A stretch of 64,000 nt of DNA, taken from assembly GCF_046073885.1 (NCBI RefSeq), contig NZ_JBJTND010000021.1, forward strand, positions 14,869 to 78,868. Direction: 5' to 3'. How positions within the stretch are numbered: the first letter of the stretch is position 1; the number at the start of each line of letters is the position of its first letter. Origin of the DNA: Flavobacterium sp. (GTDB taxonomy: Bacteria; Bacteroidota; Bacteroidia; Flavobacteriales; Flavobacteriaceae). Below are positions 1 through 9,824 of this stretch, piece after piece. The position numbers and the translations under genes are program-made. The notes beneath the pieces were generated by a model. It saw only the letters and a program-made list of their open reading frames with translations. It was not told where the DNA came from and ran no database searches.

Positions 1-1431
1 GTTTATATTATTGACGAGGTGCACATGTTGTCTTCTGCAGCATTTAATGCTTTTTTGAAGACTTTAGAGGAGCCTCCAAAGCATGCTATTTTTATTTTGG
101 CGACAACCGAAAAACATAAAATCATTCCAACGATATTATCTCGTTGTCAAATATTTGATTTTAAAAGAATTACAGTAAAAGATGCTAAAGAGCATTTGGC
201 TGAAGTTGCTGCTAGTCAAGGGGTTTTATTTGAAGATGATGCGCTTCATATTATTGCTCAAAAGGCGGATGGTGCGATGCGGGACGCATTGTCTATTTTT
301 GATAGAGTAGTTTCTTATTGCGGGACCAACTTAACTAGACAAGCAGTTACTGAAAACCTTAATGTGTTGGATTACGAGACGTATGTCTCGATAACCGATT
401 TGATTTTGGAAAATAACATTCCTCAAATTTTGGTTTCCTATAATGATATTCTTTCAAAAGGTTTTGACGGTCATCATTTTATCGCAGGATTGGCTTCGCA
501 TTTTAGAGATTTGTTAGTTTCCAAAAATCCATCGACCCTTTCTTTACTGGAAGCAGGGGAGCAGGCTCAAAAATTATATGGAGAACAGGCTCAAAAATGT
601 TCTACAGATTTTTTATTAAAAAGTATCGAAATTGCTAATGATTGCGATTTAAAATTTAAAGTTTCCCAAAACCAAAGATTACTTGTAGAACTTGCCCTTA
701 TGCAACTTTGCTCTATCAATTTTGATGGAGAAAAAAAAAATGATTTTATAATTCCCCCCACTTATTATAGAAGATCCGATTACTCCATTGTTGAAGCGCC
801 AAGCTTGAAAAAACAGGAGGAAAGTCAGAAGGTGGAAGAAACTAGCGAGAAGGTAGAAGTTGTAAATCAGGAGATTGAAGTTGATGTTGAATCGGCTCCA
901 ATTGAGAATGAACCAATTGTTACCCAAAGCCAAGAATCTGCTATACAAAATTCTACACCAGTTTCAGGTCAAGCAAATGTTTCAGCGCTTTCATTAGCAA
1001 GTATTCGTGCTAAAAAAGAAATGCAGGAAGCCCAAAAAGGAATGGTAAAAGAGGAAGTTCATTTTCCAACTGAAGCTTTTACCGAAACCGAAATGCTTGA
1101 TTATTGGTTTAAATACGCACAACGACTTACAGATAAAGGGTACATGATTATGGCTTCTTTATTGCGAATTAGCGACCCTAAATTGGAAGGATCTAAAATT
1201 ATTTATGAGTTGCCAAATGAAGGTTCTAAAATTGATTTTGACAAAGAAAAACCAGATCTTTTAGGATATTTACGCGGACATTTACACAATCACGAATTAG
1301 CTATTGAAGTGGTTGTAAACGAAAGTGTGAAAAGTAAAATAGCTTTTACTGCTCAAGATAAATACAACAGACTAAATGAAATCAATCCGCATCTAGAAGA
1401 ACTCCGACGTGCTTTTGATTTGGATTTATAA
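1..1431 (+). CDS. dnaX: DNA polymerase III subunit gamma/tau (5' end cut by window edge)
   Basis: The frame is open from base 1. VYIIDEVHMLS (Walker B), FNAFLKTLEEPP, ILATTE and LSRCQ are clamp-loader AAA+ motifs. An E/Q/S-rich low-complexity linker and a C-terminal tau-type domain follow. Confidence 0.9.
   Translation, partial: VYIIDEVHMLSSAAFNAFLKTLEEPPKHAIFILATTEKHKIIPTILSRCQIFDFKRITVKDAKEHLAEVAASQGVLFEDDALHIIAQKADGAMRDALSIFDRVVSYCGTNLTRQAVTENLNVLDYETYVSITDLILENNIPQILVSYNDILSKGFDGHHFIAGLASHFRDLLVSKNPSTLSLLEAGEQAQKLYGEQAQKCSTDFLLKSIEIANDCDLKFKVSQNQRLLVELALMQLCSINFDGEKKNDFIIPPTYYRRSDYSIVEAPSLKKQEESQKVEETSEKVEVVNQEIEVDVESAPIENEPIVTQSQESAIQNSTPVSGQANVSALSLASIRAKKEMQEAQKGMVKEEVHFPTEAFTETEMLDYWFKYAQRLTDKGYMIMASLLRISDPKLEGSKIIYELPNEGSKIDFDKEKPDLLGYLRGHLHNHELAIEVVVNESVKSKIAFTAQDKYNRLNEINPHLEELRRAFDLDL
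731..751 (+). other. A10 homopolymer inside dnaX; TGA in the -1 frame (741-743) and TAA in the +1 frame (749-751)
   Basis: Read directly: GAA AAA AAA AAT GAT in frame 0. The -1 frame reads AAA AAA AAA TGA. The +1 frame reads ATG ATT TTA TAA. Confidence 0.6.
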
Positions 1432-1440
1432 AATAAAAAA

Positions 1441-1458
1441 GGGATGTAAGTACATCCC
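1441..1458. terminator. Bidirectional rho-independent terminator between dnaX and the convergent hydrolase gene
   Basis: GGGATGTA-AG-TACATCCC hairpin flanked by an A-run upstream and a T-run downstream. Confidence 0.7.
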
Positions 1459-1465
1459 TTTTTTA

Positions 1466-2467
1466 TTATTCATTTCCTTTTTTCAAGAAATCAATTAAGC
1501 CTTTCATATAAGTTTGTTGGTCATCATATAAACTCATATGACTTCCGTTTGCACAATACAAATAGGTTCCTTTTTGAAATTGTGTAGCCATCCATTTCAT
1601 ATATTCTGGATCCATGGTGTCGTATTTTGCTCCAATTACTAAGGTTGGAACGGAAATATTCTTTAATTCCTTAGAAACATCCCAGTGGGTTAATTTACCT
1701 GAAAGTCCCATTTCGCTTGGACCTTGCATCGTAATATAGAGTGATTGATTCAATCTTCCCATTGATCTTGTAACTGGCTCAGGCCATTCGTTTACAGGTA
1801 ATCTTAAAATATGCTGATTGTAAAAATTTGCCATTAATAGTTCCATGTATTTTGGGTTGGAATAGTCTTTTTTTGCCTCCAAATCTTGAATTGATTTTAA
1901 TACATCAGGATTCAATTGACTTTGTAAAACTTTAGAATATTCTCCATATTTTGGGCAACTCGCCATCATATTGGAAACCACAATTCCTTTAAGATTATTC
2001 TGGTATTTAAGCGCATATTGCATGGCTAAAATTCCACCCCAAGAATGTCCTAATAAATAAAAATTATCTTTATTCAGTTTTAATGCTACACGCACTTGTT
2101 CTACTTCTTCAACATATCTAGGTAGGTCCCACATTGTTGTATCGTTTGGATTATCAGAAAAACCAGTACCCAATTGGTCGTAGTAAATAAATTCAATTCC
2201 TTCTTTTGGTAAAAAGCTTTCCATGCATTCAAAGTACTCATGAGACATTCCTGGGCCACCATTTAGAAGCAGTAATTTAATTTTCGGATTGTTTCCAATG
2301 CGTTTTGTCCAAACATTAAATTTCCCTTTTGGAGTTTCAATAGCGATTTTTTGAACGCCACCGATTTGCATTCCTGAAGTTTCAGATTGAAAATAAGTGT
2401 CCGATTTTTCCTCTTGCTTACATGAAACAAGAGTTATCAATGTAATTAATAATAGAATTTTTTTCAT
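1466..2467 (-). CDS. Proline iminopeptidase-family alpha/beta hydrolase, lipoprotein
   Basis: Lipoprotein signal (LITLVSC), GHSWGG nucleophile elbow, 333 aa length, and overall resemblance to the prolyl aminopeptidase family. Confidence 0.7.
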   Translation of the reverse strand: MKKILLLITLITLVSCKQEEKSDTYFQSETSGMQIGGVQKIAIETPKGKFNVWTKRIGNNPKIKLLLLNGGPGMSHEYFECMESFLPKEGIEFIYYDQLGTGFSDNPNDTTMWDLPRYVEEVEQVRVALKLNKDNFYLLGHSWGGILAMQYALKYQNNLKGIVVSNMMASCPKYGEYSKVLQSQLNPDVLKSIQDLEAKKDYSNPKYMELLMANFYNQHILRLPVNEWPEPVTRSMGRLNQSLYITMQGPSEMGLSGKLTHWDVSKELKNISVPTLVIGAKYDTMDPEYMKWMATQFQKGTYLYCANGSHMSLYDDQQTYMKGLIDFLKKGNE

Positions 2468-2499
2468 AATTTTTGGTGTGGTTTTTAGGAGGTTAAGAT

Positions 2500-3390
2500 T
2501 TAGATTTTTCCATAATACATGGCTTTTACAATTCCATCAGAAAGTCCGATTTTAGGAACATATATTTGTCGAGCTCCGCTCCATTTCATAGCATTTAAAT
2601 AAATGCGAGTTGCAGGGATGATCACATCGGCACGGTCTGTATTCAATCCAAGTTCTGCAATTCGTTGTTCATAGGTTAATGAACTTAAATATTGGTATTG
2701 AGAATTCAAATACATGTAAGACAATGGTTTTTCTTGCTGTTTCCCAGAAAGTTTGAATATCTTATTAATATTTCCCCCTGATCCAATTAGAGTAATGTTT
2801 TCGTAGGGCTCACAATGTTGTTTTATCCATTTTTCAATTTCTTCCCAAACAACTTCATTAACCATGTTGTTTATCAATCGAACGGTACCGTTTTTAAAAG
2901 ATTTAGAAACCACCATTTTTCCATCCGAAAACAAAGAAAATTCGGTGCTTCCACCACCTACATCAACATATAGGTAGGTTTTATCAGTAGCAATTAAATT
3001 ATGTAAATCAGATGATGCAATTATTGCAGCCTCTTGTTTTCCGTCAATAATATCAATTTCAATTCCTGTTTTTTCTTTTATTATATGTACAACTTCCTTG
3101 TTATTGTAAGCCTCTCGCATCGCCGAAGTAGCGCACGCTTTATAGCGCTCTACTTTATACACTTTTATAATTAATTTAAAGGCATCCATAGCATCAATCA
3201 TTCGGTCTATATTTTCTGGAGTAATTTCACCTACCGTAAAAGCATCTTGACCCAAACGAATGGGAACTCTCACAAGTTCTGATTTGTTAAATTGGGTGTC
3301 TTTTCCTTTTTGTTCTACGATATTTGTAATTAACAATCGCATGGCGTTAGAGCCTATGTCAATTGCGGCATATTTTTTAATTGAAATCAT
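2500..3390 (-). CDS. Ppx/GppA family phosphatase (short exopolyphosphatase)
   Basis: ASKHA-fold motifs AIDIGSNAMRLL and DVGGGSTE. The gene lies 24 bp downstream of ppk1 on the same strand. Confidence 0.85.
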   Translation of the reverse strand: MISIKKYAAIDIGSNAMRLLITNIVEQKGKDTQFNKSELVRVPIRLGQDAFTVGEITPENIDRMIDAMDAFKLIIKVYKVERYKACATSAMREAYNNKEVVHIIKEKTGIEIDIIDGKQEAAIIASSDLHNLIATDKTYLYVDVGGGSTEFSLFSDGKMVVSKSFKNGTVRLINNMVNEVVWEEIEKWIKQHCEPYENITLIGSGGNINKIFKLSGKQQEKPLSYMYLNSQYQYLSSLTYEQRIAELGLNTDRADVIIPATRIYLNAMKWSGARQIYVPKIGLSDGIVKAMYYGKI

Positions 3391-3414
3391 TTACTATTGG
3401 CGGTTATTGTGCAA

Positions 3415-5535
3415 TTAAAACAAGTTGTCGTTACTTGGTTCTTGAAGGTTTTTATAATAATTGTATGTTTCTAATTGTGCTCTAAATACAGGTTCATTTT
3501 CTTTTCGAATTCGGTATTTGTTGTCTAATTTTTCAGAATGAAAACGCGCTTTTACATTTCCTTTCCAACCCACTTCAAATGTCTCGATCAATTGTTTTTT
3601 TATGTCTTCTTGATAAATAGGGCAGGTAACTTCTACACGACCATCTAAATTACGAGTCATAAAATCGGCTGAAGAAATAAATACTTCTGGATTGTTATCA
3701 TTACAAAAAATAAATACTCTAGAATGTTCTAAAAAATTATCTACAATACTTATGGCTTCTATATTTTCACTCATTCCTTTCACACCCGGAATTAAAGAAC
3801 ATATTCCACGAATTTGCAATTTCATTTTAACCCCTGCATTACTTGCTTCATATAGTTTGTCTATCATTGAAAAATCAGATAAACTATTCATTTTTAAATT
3901 AATATAGGCAGGTCTTCCTGCCATTGCATTGTGAATTTCTCGGTCTATAAGTTTATAAAATCTTCCTCGTGAATAATGTGGAGAAACAATTAAATGCTTG
4001 TATCTATGAAGACGGTAATTTATTTCAAAAAACTCAAAAATTTTGGTAACGTCTTTTAATATTTGTTGGTGGCTGGTTAACAATGTGACATCGGTATATA
4101 CTTTTGCAGTCGACTCATTGAAATTCCCTGTAGAAATAAATCCGTAGCGTTTTGTTTTTCCTTCTTCAAATCGATCAATTACACATATTTTACTGTGAAC
4201 CTTCAAACCTTTTATACCAAAAATTAATTCGATACCTTCCTGTTGCATTTGTTCTGCATAAGAAATATTATTGGCCTCATCAAAACGAGCTTGCAATTCA
4301 ATTTGAACTACAACGCGTTTACCATTTTTGGCTGCATTGATTAAGGAGCTGATGATTTGAGAGTTTTTTGCTAATCGATACAAAGTAATTTTTATTGAAG
4401 TTACTTTTGGATCAAGTGCTGCTTCTCTTAAAAATTTTATCAAATAAGAATACGATTGATAGGGTGCAAAAATTAAAAAATCCTTTTTAGCAATTTTATT
4501 TAAGATACTACCTTCAAGGCTCAACCCCGGAACATCCAAAGGTTTCTTTTGTTGGTACAATAAGTCAAACCTACCCAAATTTGGAAAGTCAATATAATCT
4601 CTTCTATTATGGTATCTTCCTCCAGGGATGATACTATCCGTAGCTTCAATTTTCATTCTGTTTAAAAAGAACGCCAAGGTGTCTTTGTCAATAGTTTTAT
4701 CATAAACAAATCGAACGGGTTCTCCAATTCTTCTGTCTTTTACCGAAGTGGCTATCTTTTGCAACATACTTTTACTCATGTCGCTGTCAATATCTAATTG
4801 TGCGTCGCGAGTAATTTTGATCATGTGTGCCGAAATACTCTGGTAATCAAAAATGTTGAAAATGCTACTCAAGTTATAACGAATTACATCATCCAAGAGC
4901 ATGATATATTGTTTGTCTCCAATAGATGGAAGCACCACAATTCGGTTGATGTTTTTTGGTATTTCAATTATGGCATAACGAATTTCGTTTTTTGGTTTAA
5001 CCAAACCTAGAACTTTAGATTTCTCCTCAGTTTTCATTACCAATTTAATGGCTAGATAACCCGAAGTGTCTTTTAGTAAAGGGAATTCAGCCAAGTCATT
5101 TAAGATGATGGTAACCAGCTCCGGACTTACCTTTTGAATGAATAGATCATGAACAAAATCTTGATGTTCCTGACACAGTTCATTTTCATTTACTATGATA
5201 ATGTTTTCTTTTTCTAATTGTTTTTCGATATCACTTAGAATTTTCAAACTATCGGCTTGTTGCTTAATTACAATTTCTGTAATGTCTTTAAGTAATTGTT
5301 GTGCAGTAATTCCACCAAGTATTTTTTCTCCCGATTCGCCTGATAAGCTAAGTCTTCTTATTGCAGCAAATCGAACACGGAAAAACTCATCTAAATTATT
5401 AGAAAAAATACCTAAAAATCTAAGTCTGTCTAATAAGGGTACTGCTTCGTCCGCCGCTTCTTGAAGTACTCTTGCGTTGAAATTTAACCAACTTTTTTCT
5501 CGATCTATATATTTATAATTGGTTTCTGTATTCAT
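3415..5535 (-). CDS. ppk1: Polyphosphate kinase 1
   Basis: 706 aa. N-terminal SWLNFNARVLQEA motif, and PLD-like C-terminal domains with VHSKICVID. Confidence 0.95.
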   Translation of the reverse strand: MNTETNYKYIDREKSWLNFNARVLQEAADEAVPLLDRLRFLGIFSNNLDEFFRVRFAAIRRLSLSGESGEKILGGITAQQLLKDITEIVIKQQADSLKILSDIEKQLEKENIIIVNENELCQEHQDFVHDLFIQKVSPELVTIILNDLAEFPLLKDTSGYLAIKLVMKTEEKSKVLGLVKPKNEIRYAIIEIPKNINRIVVLPSIGDKQYIMLLDDVIRYNLSSIFNIFDYQSISAHMIKITRDAQLDIDSDMSKSMLQKIATSVKDRRIGEPVRFVYDKTIDKDTLAFFLNRMKIEATDSIIPGGRYHNRRDYIDFPNLGRFDLLYQQKKPLDVPGLSLEGSILNKIAKKDFLIFAPYQSYSYLIKFLREAALDPKVTSIKITLYRLAKNSQIISSLINAAKNGKRVVVQIELQARFDEANNISYAEQMQQEGIELIFGIKGLKVHSKICVIDRFEEGKTKRYGFISTGNFNESTAKVYTDVTLLTSHQQILKDVTKIFEFFEINYRLHRYKHLIVSPHYSRGRFYKLIDREIHNAMAGRPAYINLKMNSLSDFSMIDKLYEASNAGVKMKLQIRGICSLIPGVKGMSENIEAISIVDNFLEHSRVFIFCNDNNPEVFISSADFMTRNLDGRVEVTCPIYQEDIKKQLIETFEVGWKGNVKARFHSEKLDNKYRIRKENEPVFRAQLETYNYYKNLQEPSNDNLF

Positions 5536-5636
5536 ATATTGATTTCTTTAAAACAACTTATTATTTACACAAATGTATAACGATAATAAAAGTAATAAAG
5601 TTTTAAATGTTATTTAATGATTAATTTTTATCCTAA

Positions 5637-6281
5637 TTAAGGAGCCAATCGGTCCATTTTCCAATTAAAATCGGACTGTAATTGGTATCTAATTCTGTCG
5701 TGTAATCTGTTGGCGCGACCTTGCCAAAATTCGACCTCTACTGGTCTTACCAAAAAACCTCCCCAATGTTTTGGTCTTTCAATTTCAATATTTTGATAGT
5801 CTTGTTCAAGTTTTTTCAAATTGGATTCAAGAAATTCTCGATTAGGGATCACTTCACTCTGTGGAGATACTATAGCGCCAAGCTTACTTCCGTCTGGTCT
5901 CGAGGCAAAATAATTATCAGAAACTGCTTCAATAGTTTTTTCGGCAATACCTTTAATAATTACTTGTCTTTCTAAATTTGTCCAAAAAAAGGAAAGGCAA
6001 ATATTAGGGTTTTGTTGAATTGCTTTTCCCTTTTCTGAATTGTAATTGGTGTAGAATATAAATCCTTCTTCGTTGAATTTTTTTAATAAAACCACCCTCG
6101 ATTTTGGAAAACCATCCAAACCTACAGTAGCAACAGTCATGGCATTTACTTCTTCAACCCCTCCAAAATCTTCAGTTTCATGAAACCAACGATTAAATAA
6201 ATTAATTGGATCTTCAGGAAGATTTTGCTCTAGTAGCTCACTTTTTTCATAGGATTTTCTATAATTGCTCAGGTCTTTCAT
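5637..6281 (-). CDS. pdxH: Pyridoxamine 5'-phosphate oxidase
   Basis: 214 aa. C-terminal EFWQGRANRLHDRIRY signature of PNP/PMP oxidases. Confidence 0.95.
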   Translation of the reverse strand: MKDLSNYRKSYEKSELLEQNLPEDPINLFNRWFHETEDFGGVEEVNAMTVATVGLDGFPKSRVVLLKKFNEEGFIFYTNYNSEKGKAIQQNPNICLSFFWTNLERQVIIKGIAEKTIEAVSDNYFASRPDGSKLGAIVSPQSEVIPNREFLESNLKKLEQDYQNIEIERPKHWGGFLVRPVEVEFWQGRANRLHDRIRYQLQSDFNWKMDRLAP

Positions 6282-6326
6282 AGGGCTCTAATTTCATGCA
6301 AATTTAAGTAATAATCTAAACCGAAA

Positions 6327-7277
6327 TTAATCGTGATTTTCAATGCTTTTATAAGCATCAATAACTTTTTTCACCAATCGATGGCGAACAATATCTTTAT
6401 CATCAAGGTAAATGATGCCAATTCCTTCTATGTCTTTCAAAACCAATAAAGCTTCTTTTAATCCCGAAATAGTCCTTCTCGGTAAATCAACTTGTCCCGG
6501 ATCTCCGGTAATGATGAATTTGGCGTTTTTTCCCATACGCGTTAAAAACATTTTCATTTGGGAGTGGGTTGTATTTTGCGCTTCATCCAAAATCACAAAA
6601 GCATTGTCTAAAGTTCGACCTCTCATAAATGCTAAAGGGGCTATTTGTATAATCCCTTTTAGGATATAATCGTCCAATGTTTGTGGTGGAAGCATATCGC
6701 GTAAAGCATCATAAAGTGGCTGCATATAGGGATCCAACTTTTCTTTCATATCTCCAGGCAAAAAACCTAAGTTTTCACCTGCTTCAACTGCAGGTCGAGT
6801 TAAGATGATTCTCTTTACTTGTTTTTCTTTCAGTGCCTTAACAGCAAGCGCAACACCGGTATAGGTTTTACCTGTTCCTGCTGGGCCAACTGCAAAAACC
6901 ATGTCGTTTTTAAAAACAGTTTCTACAAGTAAATGCTGGTTTGGTGTCATGGCTTTTATGAGCTTTCCGCCAATTCCATGTACCAATATTTTTTCATGAT
7001 CGGGCATGCGCTGTTCTTCAGCTGAATTACTTTGAATAACTCGATCAATTACATTCGAATCAATGTTGTTATACCTTGTAAAGTGTAGCATCAATCTGTT
7101 GAATCGGGTTTCAAATTCATCTAATTCTGCTTTTTCACCAAATACCTTAAGAGTAGTTCCTCTTGCAACAATTTTTAATCTTGGGTAGTACTTTTTAATA
7201 GTTTCAAGATGGGAGTCTTGTGTTCCCCAAAATTCTTTTGGAGCGATGTCGTGTAATTCAATGATGCGTTCGTTCAA
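6327..7277 (-). CDS. phoH: PhoH family ATPase
   Basis: Walker A GPAGTGKT, ILDEAQN Walker B-like motif, 316 aa. Confidence 0.9.
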   Translation of the reverse strand: MNERIIELHDIAPKEFWGTQDSHLETIKKYYPRLKIVARGTTLKVFGEKAELDEFETRFNRLMLHFTRYNNIDSNVIDRVIQSNSAEEQRMPDHEKILVHGIGGKLIKAMTPNQHLLVETVFKNDMVFAVGPAGTGKTYTGVALAVKALKEKQVKRIILTRPAVEAGENLGFLPGDMKEKLDPYMQPLYDALRDMLPPQTLDDYILKGIIQIAPLAFMRGRTLDNAFVILDEAQNTTHSQMKMFLTRMGKNAKFIITGDPGQVDLPRRTISGLKEALLVLKDIEGIGIIYLDDKDIVRHRLVKKVIDAYKSIENHD

Positions 7278-7384
7278 ATGGTAGTAGTTTTTTAATTATT
7301 TTTTACTATTTATTAGTAGATTTGCAATCATTTCAAATTTAAGAAATACACCGGTACAATTCCGAATTATTTATAAACAATTTT

Positions 7385-8209
7385 ATGTCAATAATTACCC
7401 TTACTACCGATTACGGAACCAAAGACCATTATGTGGGTGCTTTGAAGGGGAAGATTTTGTCACAAAATAAAGATTTGATTCTGGTTGATATATCACATCA
7501 AGTAGATCCATTTAACGTGAGTGAAGCAAGTTATTTACTTCAAGGTGCGTATGCTAGTTTTCCTAAAGGTACGGTACATTTAATTGGTGTGGATATCGAA
7601 TTAAAAGAAGACAATCAGCATATTGTTGTTCAGTGGAATGATCATTTTTTTGTTACTGCCGATAATGGAATTTTAAGCCTTTTGACCACCCAATTGAAAC
7701 CACAAAAAATGGTTTCGATTACTATTCATGATCGGTTATTGCCTGATGCAACCGATATGGATGTTTTGGTTACTTCTGCGGTACACATTGCAAAAGGTGG
7801 CGCGCTTACGGTGATAGGAAAAGAAATTCAATCGCTTAAAGAAGTTACCGAATTGCAGGCAGTAGTGTCTTCCGATAAAAATTCAATTAAAGGGTATGTA
7901 GTGTATATTGATAATTTTGGAAACGCAATTACCAATATTACTAAGAAATTGTTTTTAGAAACGGCCAAGGGGAGACCTTATGAAGTGCAATTTAAAAGTA
8001 AAAAAGTCAAAAGTATTTTTGCAAAATATTCCGATATTGAAACAATAGAAAAGCAATCTTTGTATAATATCATGGGAAAATCGTTGGCTATTTTTAATGA
8101 AGCAGGATTTTTAGAAATTGGTTTGTATAAAAGTAATCCCAAAATTGGTTCGGCATCCAGCTTACTTGGTTTGGAATACCGCGATTTTGTATTGATAAAT
8201 TTCAGTTAA
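7385..8209 (+). CDS. SAM hydrolase / SAM-dependent halogenase family protein (DUF62)
   Basis: N-terminal IITLTTDYGTKDHYVGALKGKI is typical of the S-adenosyl-L-methionine hydroxide adenosyltransferase family. 274 aa. Confidence 0.8.
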   Translation: MSIITLTTDYGTKDHYVGALKGKILSQNKDLILVDISHQVDPFNVSEASYLLQGAYASFPKGTVHLIGVDIELKEDNQHIVVQWNDHFFVTADNGILSLLTTQLKPQKMVSITIHDRLLPDATDMDVLVTSAVHIAKGGALTVIGKEIQSLKEVTELQAVVSSDKNSIKGYVVYIDNFGNAITNITKKLFLETAKGRPYEVQFKSKKVKSIFAKYSDIETIEKQSLYNIMGKSLAIFNEAGFLEIGLYKSNPKIGSASSLLGLEYRDFVLINFS

Positions 8210-8219
8210 AAATAGTTTA

Positions 8220-8795
8220 ATGAAGAAATTTACAATCCTGTTTTTATTACTTAATTATGTTGGACTTAACGCTCAAAATTTAGATAGTACTTTTGTAAAA
8301 TTCTATACTTATTCTGACAATTTAAAAACAAATAATAAAAATGGGGAAGTAGGCAGTACTATTTTTGAAATTGCTTCTAAATTAAATACACAATCTCCTT
8401 TGAAATATTTTCATGAAGCAACTATACTTCTCAATAAAGACCAGTATAATGAAGCTAGTTTTATTTTTATTTTAGGCGCTATGCGTTGGAAATATTATGG
8501 AAATTTTTTCAAGTACAGTGAAGTTGATTACAATCAAAAAAACGAATTAGAGGAAGTGATTAATGCGTTTTTAAGAAGTAATGTTCGTAATTTTGCTTCA
8601 ATATTAAAAAAGGCTAGTTCGTATCATTTATCAAACGACTACATTTTTTGCTCAAGAAAAAAGAAGCCATTTTATTATGACGAAGCAGCTGGGTTTTATC
8701 AAAGATTGGCGAATCAAATACTAATTAATGAGGCTTATTTTTCAAATATGTGGAAAAAGGAGCGGGTTGATTTTGAAAACGAATTAAAAAAATAA
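8220..8795 (+). CDS. Hypothetical secreted protein
   Basis: ORF with an N-terminal signal peptide (LLLLNYVGLNAQ). No recognisable domain. Confidence 0.5.
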   Translation: MKKFTILFLLLNYVGLNAQNLDSTFVKFYTYSDNLKTNNKNGEVGSTIFEIASKLNTQSPLKYFHEATILLNKDQYNEASFIFILGAMRWKYYGNFFKYSEVDYNQKNELEEVINAFLRSNVRNFASILKKASSYHLSNDYIFCSRKKKPFYYDEAAGFYQRLANQILINEAYFSNMWKKERVDFENELKK

Positions 8796-8798
8796 TAT

Positions 8799-9095
8799 AT
8801 GTTTGTACGAATTGTGAAAATGTCTTTTCACCTAGAAAACATCCCGGCATTCCTAGAAAATTTCGAATTAGTGAAAACTCACATACGAAATGCGCCCGGA
8901 AATCGTTTTCTAGAATTGTATCAAGATAAAAACAACCCCCAAATTCTATTTACCTATAGTTATTGGGATACAGAAGAAGATTTAGAAAATTATAGAAAAT
9001 CGGCTTTATTTGATGAAGTTTGGACTTTTACCAAAAAGTTATTCAACGATAAACCCGAAGCGTGGAGTGTAGACAAATTAGTTACTTTAGAATAA
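8799..9095 (+). CDS. ABM-domain (antibiotic biosynthesis monooxygenase-like) protein
   Basis: 98 aa. The size and pattern fit ABM/quinol monooxygenase-like small proteins. Tightly packed with its neighbours. Confidence 0.55.
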   Translation: MFVRIVKMSFHLENIPAFLENFELVKTHIRNAPGNRFLELYQDKNNPQILFTYSYWDTEEDLENYRKSALFDEVWTFTKKLFNDKPEAWSVDKLVTLE

Positions 9096-9098
9096 ATT

Positions 9099-9824
9099 AT
9101 GAAATCAATATTATTAAGAGAAATAAAATCCTTTTTTGGATCGCCAATAGGTTATTTGGTGATTGCTATTTTTCTGTTACTGAACGGATTGTTTCTATGG
9201 GTTTTTGAAGGAGAATACAATATTTTAAATAGTGGCTTTGCCGATTTATCTCCTTTCTTTACAATATCTCCTTGGATATTGATTTTTCTTATTCCAGCAG
9301 TTACTATGCGCAGTTTTTCAGATGAAATGAAACAAGGTACTTTGGAATTATTAGTAACCAAACCAATATCAATTTGGGAAATTGTAATTGGTAAATATCT
9401 AGGTGCTTTTGCTCTTATTATCATAGCAATTATTCCAACTTTAATCTATGTTTATGTGCTGTATGGGCTAGGAATGCCCGAAGGTAATATAGACATGGGA
9501 AGTACTTTAGGTTCTTATTTTGGACTTTTATTTTTGATTTCTGGATATGCAGCAATTGGAGTATTTACTTCCTCACTTTCAGAGAATCAAATCGTTGCAT
9601 TTATTATCTCCGTATTTTTATGCTTCTTTTTGTATTTTGGATTTCAAGGAATTGCTTCCCAATTTAAAGATTGGCAAGAGTTTATTTCTTTCTTCGGAAT
9701 GGAAAATCACTTTAAAAGTATGAGTCGTGGAGTTATTGATACCCGAGATGCTCTTTATTTTATGAGTATTACCACCTTGTTTTTGTCGGTGACTGTTTAC
9801 AAACTTAAATCGCTTAAATCATAA
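9099..9824 (+). CDS. gldF: Gliding motility-associated ABC transporter permease GldF
   Basis: 241 aa ABC-2 type six-TM permease, followed immediately (1-nt overlap) by a GldG-like gene as in Flavobacterium johnsoniae. Confidence 0.8.
   Translation: MKSILLREIKSFFGSPIGYLVIAIFLLLNGLFLWVFEGEYNILNSGFADLSPFFTISPWILIFLIPAVTMRSFSDEMKQGTLELLVTKPISIWEIVIGKYLGAFALIIIAIIPTLIYVYVLYGLGMPEGNIDMGSTLGSYFGLLFLISGYAAIGVFTSSLSENQIVAFIISVFLCFFLYFGFQGIASQFKDWQEFISFFGMENHFKSMSRGVIDTRDALYFMSITTLFLSVTVYKLKSLKS

Noticed and set aside
679-948. 89-aa minus-strand ORF within the dnaX linker
   Set aside because: It is antisense to dnaX in a low-complexity region and has no motif or start context.
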